Below are positions 63,282 through 64,000 of a DNA stretch of 64,000 bases, one piece after another (position 1 is the stretch's first letter; each line of letters opens with the position of its first letter). The stretch is taken from contig NC_081396.1 in NCBI RefSeq assembly GCF_030684315.1, positions 5,456,001-5,520,000 of the forward strand, given 5' to 3'. The notes under the pieces are model-generated. The model worked only from the letters and a program-made list of their open reading frames with translations, was not told where the DNA came from and ran no database searches. Source of the stretch: Stegostoma tigrinum. Taxonomy: Eukaryota. A program made the translations under genes and the position numbers.

Positions 63282-64000
63282 TTGCTGTAATGGAATATGT
63301 TGAACAGGGTATGGTAGGAGGTAGGAATTGTGCGAACTGCAGAGAAGCCAAAACATTTCTAAACGTTTTCTTGAACTTCATTGAATTGAAATATATCCAA
63401 ATATTATCGACCAGGGAGTGATAAATGCAGTATCAGGAAAGGGTTTCCCTGTTCCAATCGAAACGAACACATTCTGAACATGATACATGCATGTGAATAC
63501 AGAATTTATGCCATGTTATTAATGAAAGTGTTAGGGCAGGACAGCCGATTTCCAGCCGATAATGGATGTTTAACTGCAACAGGACAGCACAGGCGATGGT
63601 ACAAAGCAAAACGTATGTTTTTTTTTATTCGCATGCAGGCTTATCCGTCGAATTTAGATTTCCAAAAGCAATTCTAATACCCGGTAGCATGTTTTTTTTT
63701 CAACTGGGCTTTTACATTAAAGGAGCAATCTGACCAAGTGTTCCAAAAACAAATCCCAGACTGCTCTGCCAGATTGTTACCATTAATGTCACTGATCATT
63801 TTGTTCTCATCATATACTGAAAATATACCCCTTTTCCCTTGTTACATTATGGAGTCTTAGTCTTTAATATGTGCACATTTAAAATTGGGAGAACTTCAAT
63901 CATGTCACAGTAAGTATTAGGGATTTCCTCAAGTAGTGGGCTGCTGTCCATAAACCTGGAATTTCACATCGAAAATTATTCATTCCATTTTTGTCCAAAA

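Overview
Vertebrate genomic DNA, almost certainly a cartilaginous fish. The HE1-type SINEs, shark CR1 and Penelope families, and shark-type V genes point that way; a carpet shark is my guess. The window is part of a T-cell receptor alpha/delta (TRA/TRD) V-gene array, assigned by eye without a search. It has four open V exons on the + strand, each followed by a 23-bp-spacer RSS: about 33.0 kb, 56.2 kb, 58.6 kb and 62.7 kb. There are two clear V pseudogenes (1.2 kb, 61.1 kb) and about nine very decayed V-like relics on both strands, some short and NAR-like. Interleaved with the V genes are three copies of a two-exon GPR139/GPR142-like class A GPCR, all with a 70-nt exon 1. One is intact (328 aa, minus strand, 19278-21569) and two are pseudogenes (+ strand, about 7.5-9.9 kb and 39.1-41.9 kb). 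Main oddities: (1) the GPCR/V interleaving; (2) a V gene whose signal peptide appears to have no leader intron, with a possible second case; (3) an open V with intact splice sites and a plausible RSS that lacks both Cys23 and Trp41. The rest is decayed CR1 LINEs, Penelope-like elements, SINEs, one solo LTR carrying a long hairpin, microsatellites and one assembly gap. No D, J or C segments were confidently found.
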